From: Eimeria praecox
Taxonomy: Eukaryota
Direction: 5' to 3'
DNA length: 64,000 nucleotides
Assembly: GCA_963920595.1 (NCBI GenBank)
Contig: OY986948.1
Coordinates: 5,394,001-5,458,000 of the forward strand
Under the pieces are notes generated by a model. It was not told the DNA's origin, made no database searches, and was given only the letters and a program-made list of their open reading frames with translations. This document shows positions 13,001-25,394 of the stretch, one piece after another (position 1 is the stretch's first letter; every line of letters begins with the position of its first letter). The position numbers and the translations under genes were made by a program.

Positions 13001-16000
13001 GCTGCCTTGTGGCAAGCATGGGTGGAAGCATGCAAATTGTGAAGCTGCAGTGCCGGGAGAAGTGGGACGTCGCTTTATTTTGAGTGTGCTGCTGTGGGAT
13101 ATGTAGATGGAGGGTTGATTGGGGGCTGGGATGTTAGGGTTGGCTACAACGTGTGGCATGAGAATCGATTGTATTGAATTGGCGAGGCGGTTTTCGAGGA
13201 GCGCTATAAGCACTGGTAGGTGGCGGGACCTCATTGAGGTTTGCGGCGAGTCTGTGGTAGCATTGATGATTGATCTGATTAGAGGTGACTTTGTTTTCTA
13301 TGCCAGCAGGGAGAAACGGCTACCGGGTCTCAGCGGAGGACCACTTTAGGATTCGTTGCTCTACTCCGCATGGCGGTTGCGCAGAAGAACGCGGAACCGA
13401 CATCTTGTTGCATAGCTACTGGTTAAAACGCATGATAGGCGAGCTCATAGTGCATGTTGGTGTTAGGCGAGAATAGTTTAGCACTTTTGTGTTTGGCTTG
13501 GTTGCAATTTCTGAATGCGCGGATGATGTCCTTGCGCAGTTGCCATTTGACGGCATGGTGTTTCCAGCACCTTTCCTTAGTTCGAGGCGGCCAAGGCGTC
13601 GCAGCGCACCCTGGTACATATGCGTGATTTTGTTTGTATGTGTGTCTTAAGAAGCGTTTGATTTCAGTTGTTCTTCCTTCAACCAGCGATTTGGCGAGGG
13701 TGTCCGATGGGGCCACGTGCACTGGTTTGCAGTTGATATCGAGGTTTAGCATGGCTGAGGTGCAGTGGGCGAACTCATCGCTGTGTGCTAATAGGAGGAT
13801 GTGCTGATAGGAGTACAGTCAGTGTTTGGCAGATAGGTAGAGGGTTTGCATGCGTGGGCGTGGAGGTTTCTGCATATGCGGCACGCGCATGTACGTGCCA
13901 CAGCGTGGGCAGCGTGTAGGAGCGGGCACTGGCGTTGCAATCGGGCACGTTTCTGTCCAGGAAGTATGCACATCATTATGTGCTATTTGTTTGGATACGC
14001 AAGGCCTGCAGGAGCCCCAAAGCCTTGTATAATGGGTGAGGCACATACAGCCAAATCATGGTTTTTTGAGTACAACTATAAGTGTGCTTAGATTTGTTTC
14101 TGCTGGACGGAACACATGGGTGCTCATGCAAGTCCACACAGATTTGTGGAGCTGGAGTGTGAGGGGAAGTATTAGTTCGTTTTGAACGTGTTTTGCATTC
14201 TCTGGGGCGGCGCCATAGAGCTGTAGATATGCATGTGGTAGACAAGATCTGGCATTACAGTCGGTGTTAGTACATGTGCAAGGCAGTATATGAGCGGCGC
14301 TATGGATGGTAGGTGGTGGTGGGCCCTCATTGAGATGCATGCTGAACGTCTACCTCCATTTGCGGTTGGTTTGGCTATACCTGATGGTTTTGGTTCTGGG
14401 CGGACGGGAATATTTGGGAAGGGTGCATGATGCGGCTAGGTGCAGTGGTTTGCAGTAGATATCAAGTTTTGGCATGGTTGAGTTGCAGTGGGCGAACTCA
14501 GCTCTGTGTGCTAATATGTGTGTCTGTTGCTAAGAGTATAGGCAGTGTTTGGCCGATAGGTAGAGGGCTTGCATGCTTCGAAGTCGAGGTTTGTACAGCT
14601 TATGTGCGTAGTTCATCGCAAGGGGCGTGGGGAAGGGATCTGTGGCGTTGCGATTGCGTGCTGGTTTGTGCAGAGAGTATGTTCATGATAGGCTGCCCGG
14701 TTGCGCATATGCAGAGCGTTTGGAAAGATGACGAGTGTGTAGCCGGTTCGAAGTGCTGGAGGCAAGTGCATTTTCTACGTGCAGTAATGAATGCTATTCT
14801 GTTTAAGGCTGTCTGGTGGCAAGCATAGGCGGGCGCGTTCAAATTGTGAAGCTGCAGTGCCGACCAGCGATTGGGCGAGGGTGTCCGATGGGGCCACGTG
14901 CACTGGTTTGCAGTTGATATCGAGGTTTAGCATGGCTGAGTTTCAGTGGGCTAACTCATCGCTGTGTGCTAATAGGAGGATGTGCTGATAGGAGTACAGT
15001 CAGTGTTTGGCAGATAGGTAGAGGGTTTGCATGCGTGGGCGTGGAGGTTTGTGCATATGCGGCACGCGCATGTACGTGCCACAGCGTGGGCAGCGTGTCG
15101 GAGCGGTTATTGGCGTTGCAATCGGGCACGTTTCTGTCCAGGAAGTATGCACATCATTATGTGCTATTTGTTTGGATACGCAAGGCCTGCAGAAGCTCCA
15201 ATGTGTTGAAAAACGGGTGAGGCACATAAAGCCAAATCATCGTTTTTTGAGTGCAGCTCTAAGCGGGCTTACATTTGTTTCTGGTCGATGGCATGCATGG
15301 TTGCTGATGCAAATGCACACAGATTTGTGGAGCTGGAGTGTGAGGGGAAGTAGGAGTTCGTTTTGATTATGTTTTGCCTTCACTGAAGCATCTGTGGCAT
15401 TGCAATCTCCTGCTGGTATGGGCAGAGAGCATGTTCATGATAAGCTGTCCGGTTGCGTATATGCGGGACGTTTGCAGACGTGAACACAGTGTTGCAGGTT
15501 TGGCGTACGGGTAGGAAGTGCATTTTCTACTTGGAGTTATGAATGCGATCCCGTTTGAGGCTGCCTTGTGGCAAGCATGGGTGGAAGCATGCAAATTGTG
15601 AAGCTGCAGTGCCGGGAGAGGTGCGACGTCGCTTTAGTTTGAGTGTGTTGCTGTGGGATATGTAGATGGAGGGTTGATTGGGGGCTGGGATGTTAGGGTT
15701 GGCTACAAGGCGTGGCATGAGAGTCGATTGTATTGAATTGGCGAGGCGGTTTTCGAGGAGCGCTATAAGCACTGGTAGGTGGCGGGACCTCATTGAGGTT
15801 TGCGGCGAGTCTGTGGTAGCATTGATGATTGATCTGATTAGAGGTGACTTTGTTTTCTATGCGAAAGGGGTATAGCAGTTACAGGGTCTCAGCGGAGTAA
15901 CACTTTAGGATGCATTGCTCTCCTCTGCACGGTGGTTGCGCAGAAGAACGCGCAACCGACATCTTGTTGCATAGCTACTGGTTAAAACGCATGATAGGCG

Positions 16001-17791
16001 AGCTCATAGTGCATGTTGGTGTTAGGCGAGAATAGTTTAGCACTTTTGTGTTTGGCTTGGTTGCAATTTCTGAATGAGTGGATGATGTCCTTGCGCAGTT
16101 GCCATTTGACGGCATGGTGTTTGCAGCACCGTTCCTTAGTTCGAGATGGCCAGAGCGTCACAGGGCACCCTGGTGCACATGGGCGATATTACTTTCTTTG
16201 TGTCTTAACAAGCGTTTGATTTCCGTTGTTCTTCCTTCAACCAGCGATTTGGCGAGGGTGTCCGATGCGGCCACGTGCACTGGTTTGCAGTTGATATCGA
16301 GGTTTAGCATGGCTGAGTTTCAGTGGGCTAACTCATCTCTGTGTGCTAATAGGAGGATGTGCTGATAGGAATACAGTCAGTGTTTGGCAGATAGGTAGAG
16401 GGTTTGCATGCGTGGGCGTGGAGGTTTCTGCATATGCGGCACGCGCATGTACGTGCCACAGCGTGGGCAGCGTGTCGGAGCGATTATTGGCGTTGCAATC
16501 GGGCACGTTTCTGTCCAGGAAGTATGCACATCATTATGTGCTATTTGTCTGGATACGCAAGGCCTGCAGAAGCTCCAATGTGTTTGAAAATGGGTGAGGC
16601 ACATAAAGCCAAATCATCGTTTTTTGAGTGCGGCTCTAAGCGGGCTTACATTTGTTCCTGGTCGATGGCACGCATGGTTGCTGATGCAAATGCACACAGA
16701 TTTGTGGAGCTGGAGTGTGAGGGGAAGTAGGAGTTCGTTTTGATTATGTTTCGCCTTCACTGAAGCATCTGTGGCGTTGCGATCTCCTGCTGGTTTGGGC
16801 AGAGAGTATGTTCATGATAGGCTGTCCGGTTGCGTATATGCGGGACGTTTGCAGACGTGAACAGAGTGTTGCAGGCTTGCCGTATGGGTAGGAAGTGCAT
16901 TTTCTACTTGGAGTTATGAATGCGATCCCGTTTGAGGCTGCCTTGTGGCAAGCATGGGTGGAAGCATGCAAATTGTGAAGCTGCAGTGCCGGGAGAAGTG
17001 GGACGTCGCTTTATTTTGAGTGTGCTGCTGTGGGATATGTAGATGGAGGGTTGATTGGGGGCTGGGATGTTAGGGTTGGCTACAACGTGTGGCATGAGAA
17101 TCGATTGTACTGAATTGGCGAGGCGGTTTTCGAGGAGCGCTATAAGCACCGGTAGGTGGCGGGACCTCATTGAGGTTTGCGGCGAGTCTGTGGTAGCATT
17201 GATTATTGATCTGATTAGAGGTGACTTTGGTTTCTATGCCAGCAGGGAGAAACGGCTACCGGGTCTCAGCGGAGGACCACTTTAGGATTCGTTGCTCTAC
17301 TCCGCATGGCGGTTGCACAGAAGAACGCGGAACCGACATCTTGTTGCATAGCTACTGGTTAAAACGCATGATAGGCGAGCTCATAGTGCATGTTGGTGTT
17401 AGGCGAGAATAGTTTAGCACTTTTGTGTTTGGCTTGGTTGCAATTTCTGAATGCGCGGATGATGTCCTTGCGCAGTTGCCATTTGACGGCATGGTGTTTC
17501 CAGCACCTTTCCTTAGTTCGAGGCGGCCAAGGCGTCGCAGCGCACCCTGGTACATACGCGTGATTTTTTTTGTATGTGTGTCTTAAGAAGCGTTTGATTT
17601 CAGTTGTTCTTCCTTCAACCAGCGATTTGGCGAGGGTGTCCGATGGAGCCACGTGCACTGGTTTGCAGTTGATATCGAGGTTTAGCATGGCTGAGGTGCA
17701 GTGGGCGAACTCATCGCTGTGTGCTAATAGGAGGATGTGCTGATAGGAGTACAGTCAGTGTTTGGCAGATAGGTAGAGGGTTTGCATGCGT
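10097..17791. repeat. Higher-order duplication (B-A-A trimer), period 3936 bp, about two copies
   Basis: Private variants recur at +3936: 10101/14037 and ORF-track pairs 10491/14427, 12077/16013, 13285/17221, 13416/17352. The CCAGCAGGGAGAAACGGCTACC variant occurs only at ~13303 and ~17239. Confidence 0.9.
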
Positions 17792-20700
17792 GGGCGAGGA
17801 GGTTTGTGCATACGCGGCCCGCGCATGTACGTGCCACAGCGTGGGCAGCGTGTCGGAGCGGTTATTGGCGTTGCAATCGGGCACGTTTCTGTCCAGGAAG
17901 TATGCACATCATTATGTGCTATTTGTCTGGATACGGAGGGCCTGCAGAAGCTCCAATGTGTTTGAAAATGGGTGAGGCACATAAAGCCAAATCATCGTTT
18001 TTTGAGTGCGGCTCTAAGCGGGCTTACATTTGTTCCTGGTCGATGGCACGCATGGTTGCTGATGCAAATGCACACAGATTTGTGGAGCTGGAGTGTGAGG
18101 GGAAGTAGGAGTTCGTTTTGATTATGTTTCGCCTTCACTGAAGCATCTGTGGCATTGCGATCTCCTGCTGGTTTGGGCAGAGAGCATGTTCATGATAAGC
18201 TGTCCGGTTGCGTATATGCGGGACGTTTGCAGACGTGAACAGAGTGTTGCAGGTTTGGCGTACGGGTAGGAAGTGCATTTTCTACTTGGAGTTATGAATG
18301 CGATCCCGTTTGAGGCTGCCTTGTGGCAAGCATGGGTGGAAGCATGCAAATTGTGAAGCTGCAGTGCCGGGAGAGGTGCGACGTCGCTTTAGTTTGAGTG
18401 TGTTGCTGTGGGATATGTAGATGGAGGGTTGATTGGGGGCTGGGATGTTAGGGTTGGCTACAAGGCGTGGCATGAGAATCGATTGTATTGAATTGGCGAG
18501 GCGGTTTTCGAGGAGCGCTATAAGCATTAGTAGGTGGCGGGACCTCACTGAGATTTGCGGCGAGTCTGTGGTAGCATTGATGATTGATCCGATTAGAGGT
18601 GAATTTGTTTTCTATGCGAAAGGGGTATAGCAGTTACAGGGTCTCAGCGGAGTAACACTTTAGGATGCATTGCTCTCCTCTGCACGGTGGTTGCGCAGAA
18701 GAACGCGCAACCGACATCTTGTTGCATAGCTACTGGTTAAAACGCATGATAGGCGAGCTCATAGTGCATGTTGGTGTTAGGCGAGAATAGTTTAGCCCTT
18801 TTGTGTTTGGCTTGGTTGCAATTTCTGAATGGGTGGATGATGTCCTTTCGCAGTTGCCATTTGACGGCATGGTGTTTGCAGCACCTTTCCTTAGTTCGAG
18901 GCGGCCAAGGCGTCAGAGGGCACCCTCGTACACATGCGTGTTTTTTTTTCTGTGTGTCTTAAGAAGCGTTTGATTTCCGTTGTTCTTCCTTCGACCAGCG
19001 ATTTGGCGAGGGTGTCCGATGCGGCCACGTGCACTGGTTTGCAGTTGATATCGAGGTTTAGCATGGCTGAGGTGCAGTGGGCTAACTCACATCTGTGTGC
19101 TAATAGGAGGATGTGCTGATAGGAGTACAGTCAGTGTTTGGCAGATAGGTAGAGGGTTTGCATGCGTGGGCGTGGAGGTTTCTGCATATGCGGCACGCGC
19201 ATGTACGTGCCACAGCGTGGGCAGCGTGTCGGAGCGGTTATTGGCGTTGCAATCGGGCACGTTTCTGTCCAGGAAGTATGCACATCATTATGTGCTATTT
19301 GTCTGGATACGCAGGGCCTGCAGAAGCTCCAATGTGTTTGAAAATGGGTGAGGCACATAAAGCCAAATCATCGTTTTTTGAGTGCGGCTCTAAGCGGGCT
19401 TACATTTGTTCCTGGTCGATGGCACGCATGGTTGCTGATGCAAATGCACACAGATTTGTGGAGCTGGAGTGTGAGGGGAGGTCGGAGTTCGTTTTGATTA
19501 TGTTTTGCCTTCACTGAAGCATCTGTGGCGTTGCGATCTCCTGCTGGTTTGGGCAGAGAGTATGTTCATGATAGGCTGTCCGGTTGCGTATATGCGGGAC
19601 GTTTGCAGACGTGAACAGAGTGTTGCAGGTTTGCCGTACGGGTAGGAAGTGCATTTTCTACTTGGAGTTATGAATGCGACCCCGTTTGAGGCTGCCTTGT
19701 GGCAAGCATGGGTGGAAGCATGCAAATTGTGAAGCTGCAGTGCCGGGAGAGGTGGGACGTCGCTTTATTTTGAGTGTGCTGCTGTGGGATATGTAGATGG
19801 AGGGTTGATTGGGGGCTGGGATGTTAGGGTTGGCTACAAGGCGTGGCATGAGAATCGATTGTATTGAATTGGCGAGGCGGTTTTCGAGGACGCTATAAGC
19901 ATTAGTAGGTGGCGGGACCTCATTGAGATTTGCGGCGAGTCTGTGGTAGCATTGATGATTGATCTGATTAGAGGTGACTTTGTTTTCTATGCGATCGGGG
20001 AGGAACGGTTACCGGGTCTCAGCGGAGGACCACTTTAGGATTCGTTGTTCTACTCCGCGTGGCGGTTGCACAGAAGAACGCGCAACCGACATCTTGTTGC
20101 ATAGCTACTGGTTAAAACGCATGATAGGCGAGCTCATAGTGCATGTTGGTGTTAGGCGAGAATAGTCTAGCACTTTTGTGTTTGGCTTGGTTGCAATTTC
20201 TGAATGGGTGGATGATGCCCTTTCGCAGTTGCCATTTGACGGCATGGTATTTGCAGCACCTTTCCTTAGTTCAAGGCGGCCAAGGCGTCAGAGGGCACCC
20301 TGGTACACATGCGTGATTTTTTTTTCTGTGTGTCTTAAGAAGCGTTTAATTTCCGTTGTTCTTCCTTCGACCAGCGATTTGGCGAGGGTGTCCGATGGGG
20401 CCACGTGCACTGGTTTGCAGTTGATATCGAGGTTTAGCATGGCTGAGTTTCAGTGGGCTAACTCATCTCTGTGTGCTAATAGGAGGATGTGCTGATAGGA
20501 ATACAGTCAGTGTTTGGCAGATAGGTAGAGGGTTTGCATGCATGGGCGTGGAGGTTTCTGCATATGCGGCACGCGCATGTACGTGCCACAGAGTGGGAAG
20601 ATTGCCAGAGCGGTCACTGGCAATGCAATCGGGCACGTTTCTGTCCAGGAAGTATGCAGATCATTAGGTGCTATTTGTTTGGATACGCAGGGCCTGCAGG

Positions 20701-23700
20701 AGCTCCAATGTGTTTGAAAATGGGTGAGGCACATAAAGCCAAATCATCGTTTTTTGAGTGCAGCTCTAAGCGGGCTTACATTTGTTTCTGGTCGATGGCA
20801 TGAATGGTTGCTGATGCAAATGCACACAGATTTGTGGAGCTGGAGTGTGAGGGGAGGTCGGAGTTCGTTTTGATTATGTTTTGCCTTCACTGAAGCATCT
20901 GGGGCGTTGCGATCTCCTGCTGATATGGGCAGAGAGTATGTTCATGATAAGCTGTCCGGTTGCGTATATGCGGAGCGTTTGCAGACGTGAACAGAGTGTT
21001 GCAGGTTTGGCGTACGGGTAGGAAGTGCACTTTCTATTTGGAGTTATGAATGCGATCCCGTTTGGGGCTGCCTTGTGGCAAGCATGGGTGGAAGCATGCA
21101 AATTGTGAAGCTGCAGTGCCGGGAGAGGTGCGACGTCGCTTTATTTTGAGTGTGTTGCTGTGGGATATGTAGATGGAGGGTTGATTGGGGCTGGGATGTT
21201 AGGGTTGGCTACAAGGCGTGGCATGAGAATCGACTGTATTGAATTGGCGAGGCGGTTTTCGAGGAGGGCTATAAGCATTAGTAGTTGGGGGGACCTCATT
21301 GAGATTTGCGGCGAGTCTGTGGTAGCATTGATGATTGATCTGATTAGAGGTGACTTTGTTTTCTATGCGAAAGGGGTATAGCAGTTACAGGGTCTCAGCG
21401 GAGTATCACTTTAGGATTCGTTGCTCTACTCCGCATGGCGGTTGCGCAGAAGAACGCGGAACCGACATCTTGTTGCATAGCTACTGGTTAAAATGCATGA
21501 TAGGCGAGCTCATAGTGCATGTTGGTGTTAGGCGAGAATAGTTTAGCACTTTTGTGTTTGGCTTGGTTGCAATTTTTGAATGGGTGGATGATGTCCTTTC
21601 GCAGTTGCCATTTCGCGGCATGGTATTTGCAGCACCTTTCCTTAGTTCGAGGCGGCCAAGGCGTCAGAGGGCACCCTCGTACACATGCGTGATTTTTTTT
21701 TCTGTGTGTCTTAAGAAGCGTTTGATTTCCGTTGTTCTTCCTTCAACCAGCGGTTTCGCGAGGGTGTCCGATGCGGCCACGTGCACTGGTTTGCAGTTGA
21801 TATCGAGGTTTAGCATGGCTGAGTTTCAGTGGGCAAACTCATCTCTGTGTGCTAATAGGCGGATGTGCTGATAGGAGTACAGTCAGTGTTTGGCAGATAG
21901 GTAGAGGGTTTGCATGCGTGGGCGTGGAGGTTTGTGCATATGCGGCACGCGCATGTACGTGCCACAGCGTGGGCAGCGTGTCGGAGCGGTTATTGGTGTT
22001 GCAGTCGGGCGCGTTTCTGTCCAGGAAGTCTGCACATCATTAGGTGCTATTTGTTTGGATACGCAAGGCCTGCAGGAGCTCCAATGTGTTTGAAAACGGG
22101 TGAGGCACATACAGCCAAATCATCGTTTTTTGAGTGCAGCTCTGAGCGGGCTTACATTTGTTTCTGGTCAATGGCACGCATGGTTGCTGATGCACATCCA
22201 CACAGATTTGTGGAGGTGGAGTGTGAGGGGAAGTAGGAGTTCGTTTTGATTATGTTTTGCCTTCACTGAAGCATCTGTGGCGTTGCGATCTCCTGCTGGT
22301 TTGGGCAGAGAGTATGTTCATGATAGGCTGTCCGGTTGCGTATATGCGGAGCGTTTGCAGACGTGAACAGAGTGTTGCAGGTTTGCCGTACGGGTAGGAA
22401 GTGCACTTTCTATTTGGAGTTATGAATGCGATCCCGTTTGGGGCTGCCTTGTGGCAAGCATGGGTGGAAGCATGCAAATTGTGAAGCTGCAGTGCCGGGA
22501 GAGGTGCGACGTCGCTTTAGTTTGAGTGTGTTGCTGTGGGATATGTAGATGGAGGGTTGATTGGGGATGGAATGTTAGGGTTGGCTACGACGCGTGGCAT
22601 GAGAAGCGACTTTATTGAATTGTCGAGGCGGTTTTTGAGGAGCGCTATAGGCACTGGTAGGTGGCGGGACCTCATTGAGATTTGCGGCGAGTCTGTTATA
22701 GCATTGATGATTGCTCTGATTAGAGCTGGCTTTGGGTTTTTTTGCGATAGGGGTATAGCAGTTACAGGGTCTCAGCGGAGTATCACTTTAGGATGCTTTG
22801 CTCTACTCCGCATGGTGTTATTCGACTGCTGTTCACCTCTCATCAAGGGGCAACTCAGCTGCAATGCCACATGAAGCAAGCTGCGCCGTTCGCCCGTTGA
22901 CAGCTGCGTTTGACGATAGCCGTAGACGCTATGCTGGCTGGTGCGCTAGGGGGCTTGTCCGTGTTAGCAACGCGGGGTTATCTGCTTTATGTGTGAAAGT
23001 GCATGGCGATGACGTGGCGAAGCAGCTTTCCTTGGGTTTGCTACCGGTAGCTGTTTCGGTCAGGATGTATGCACGTAGACGTAAAGTCGTCTATATCGCT
23101 CGGCAGCGGGTTCCTCCAGGTTTTAGCCTGCCTGATGGCAGAATGAGATGTGCATTTGCATGTTTGTTGACGTGTCAGGCAAACAAGGAGCTTTTTTCCC
23201 GTAGTTATCCTGCTTTTAGGTTTATCCTGAGGGTTTAGACATTCAACCTGTGCTTGCTACAAAATGTTCGAACTCACAAATGATGTCGGTGGATTGTTGA
23301 GTTCACTAATTCGCAGGCAGTAGGCTGCAAAAAACCGTGGCTACTATGCGGTGATATGAGCAATTTTTCCGCTTATATATGATGGTAGGAATTTTGGAGA
23401 AGGCGGGAGATGGTAGGCGCGGGCCCCGTATGAGTATATATCCAAGTCACTCTTGCACAAAAGAACACGGAGCCACCAGCTGGCAGTGCCGGCGGTTATT
23501 TCTCATGCGGCCAGATTCGTGACCGCCATTGGCTTGCTGCGGGTTATGCCCGCTCTTTCGACTGGTAGGCAGTGTATGCAGCATTAAGCAGAGAGAACTG
23601 CATGCGCGAACATCTTGAAGTTATGCACTTTGCGTGCGCGCGTCTACCGGAGCAGTGTGGCGACTTGTCCAGCTCTACGGTCGCGGGTTGGTTTGTCAGA

Positions 23701-24692
23701 AAGTAAGCACTTAGCAGCAAATTCATTTACTGGGCGCGGTTGCGTGCTGCGGTGTTTCATGCTGTCTAGCAGCACGCTTGAATATGTACGTGCATGCGTT
23801 CAGGTCTGTCTTATTTTTTTGTGAGTAGGGTTGGAACGGGTTTTTTCTTAACCCGTAGTCGTCTTCAATTTCTACTGGGTTGGAGTGTTCCCAAGTGCTA
23901 TTTGCGTTTGTTGGAAATACAAACGATGCCAGTAAATTGGTGGCGCATTATACATGCAGTGCACTACGTGGTAGGAGGAAGTGGCTAGTATGCAGTAATT
24001 TGTTTCATCTGTTTAGCGCTAGTCGGGCTATGTAAGATGGTTGTTTTGCAGATGACAGGCATAGTGAAAGCCTGGTCACGACGGGCAGCCTGTCCAACAA
24101 GGAATTTGCAAATGAACAAGCCACCGGCACAGACGGACGCGGAACCAATGGCTCATTCTGTATCGGTGGGGTGATACAAAAACGCTGGACCTCTAGAGCA
24201 GGTGACTGCCCCGAGCGTGGCCTGCGTACTTTCGGTATTTTGTGTTCGGGGTTGGTGAAGTTCATGAATACCCAGGGGGCTGCGGGGGTGAGTAGCACCT
24301 AGAAAGGTTTGTAGCAAGTGTGAAACGGCTAAAGCAATTTCATTTCCTGGGAACAGTCCAAGCCCCTGCGTCGCTTCAGCATGTATGCGAATACAGTCAG
24401 GCATGGATACTTATCGGCATCCGTGAAGAAGAATGCTGTCTGCATACTTCTATGGCCAACCTATACTGATATTACAAGCATTATCAGCGCATTGCTGAGA
24501 TAATACATCTGCGCATCCTACGTGCTAGAGGAAAGCAAAGACTATGTGGTGGATGTGCTAAGCCGGCAGCGGGAAGAGCACGATCCATTTAAAACCACGC
24601 GGCGCGTGTACAACAGAGCGCGGAACCCGTAGCTCATTGCTTAGCTAATCCGCAACATCATAGAACGCCGAACCCGTAGAGCAGGCACGTGT

Positions 24693-25204
24693 TTTTGATT
24701 AGGCAAGGTTATATGAGGTGTGTTTGCTCGGCGTAGGTGAAAATTATGAATATTTCATTTTGGTTGAAACTCGGCGTTCCACTGCGACGTTTTGATAGCA
24801 GTCCAACATAGTAAGCAGATGTACACGAGAAATAGGCCCTCAGTGGGCAAGTACGTTGCCTCGCAAAATTACTGAACTTTTGCTATGATCATTGGTCGCC
24901 CAGTTGGATACGATTCGGCACGCAGGCCCCACGCAACCTGTTGCATCGCCGGCAGTTGGCAATAGGGTTGAGTATGGTTGAATATGGTTGGCCTTTGCTG
25001 GTTGGAATCAGCTCCTTCCGGCGCTAGCTGTATGTGCAGTGGGTGGGGGAGAGCTTGAAGACCAACGTGCGTAAGCATCGTAAGGTTACGTGAGCGGTTC
25101 GCGGGCATCTACGGTCGTGCTGCAGCGAAGCCTTCTTTCTAGCATAACGGCCCCACGCTCATTTGCTCAGAGAGTATGGGCATAGTTAGCTGCCAGAGTT
25201 GCGG
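24693..25204. repeat. 512-bp near-identical dispersed duplication, copy 1 (copy 2 at 31714-32225)
   Basis: Direct alignment at offset 7021 with about ten mismatches by eye; ORF-track twins 24869/31890. Confidence 0.95.
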
Positions 25205-25312
25205 GGGTACAAATTCGTTAGTAGCCAACACAGGTTGTATCAAGCAGCTGGAGGATTTCGGTTTCATCGGGGCGGTTATGGGTATTTTTACGCTTCAGCT
25301 TGTGCGAAGACG

Positions 25313-25315
<3 letters not shown>

Positions 25316-25391
<76 letters not shown>
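25316..25391. repeat. (AT)38 microsatellite
   Basis: 76 bp of uninterrupted AT dinucleotide. Confidence 0.99.

Positions 25392-25394
<3 letters not shown>

Larger units (their letters stand above)
1..22815. repeat. Tandem satellite array, zone 1; main unit 1376-1378 bp with 1180/1148/1807-bp variants; runs off the left edge of the window
   Basis: Anchor GTGCTAATAGG(A/C)GGATG recurs at 10, 1387, 2764, 4141, 5518, 6895, 8075, 9882, 11030, 12407, 13785, 14966, 16343, 17721, 19097, 20473 and 21849. The ORF track repeats with the same spacings. The last unit breaks off near 22815. Confidence 0.98.
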
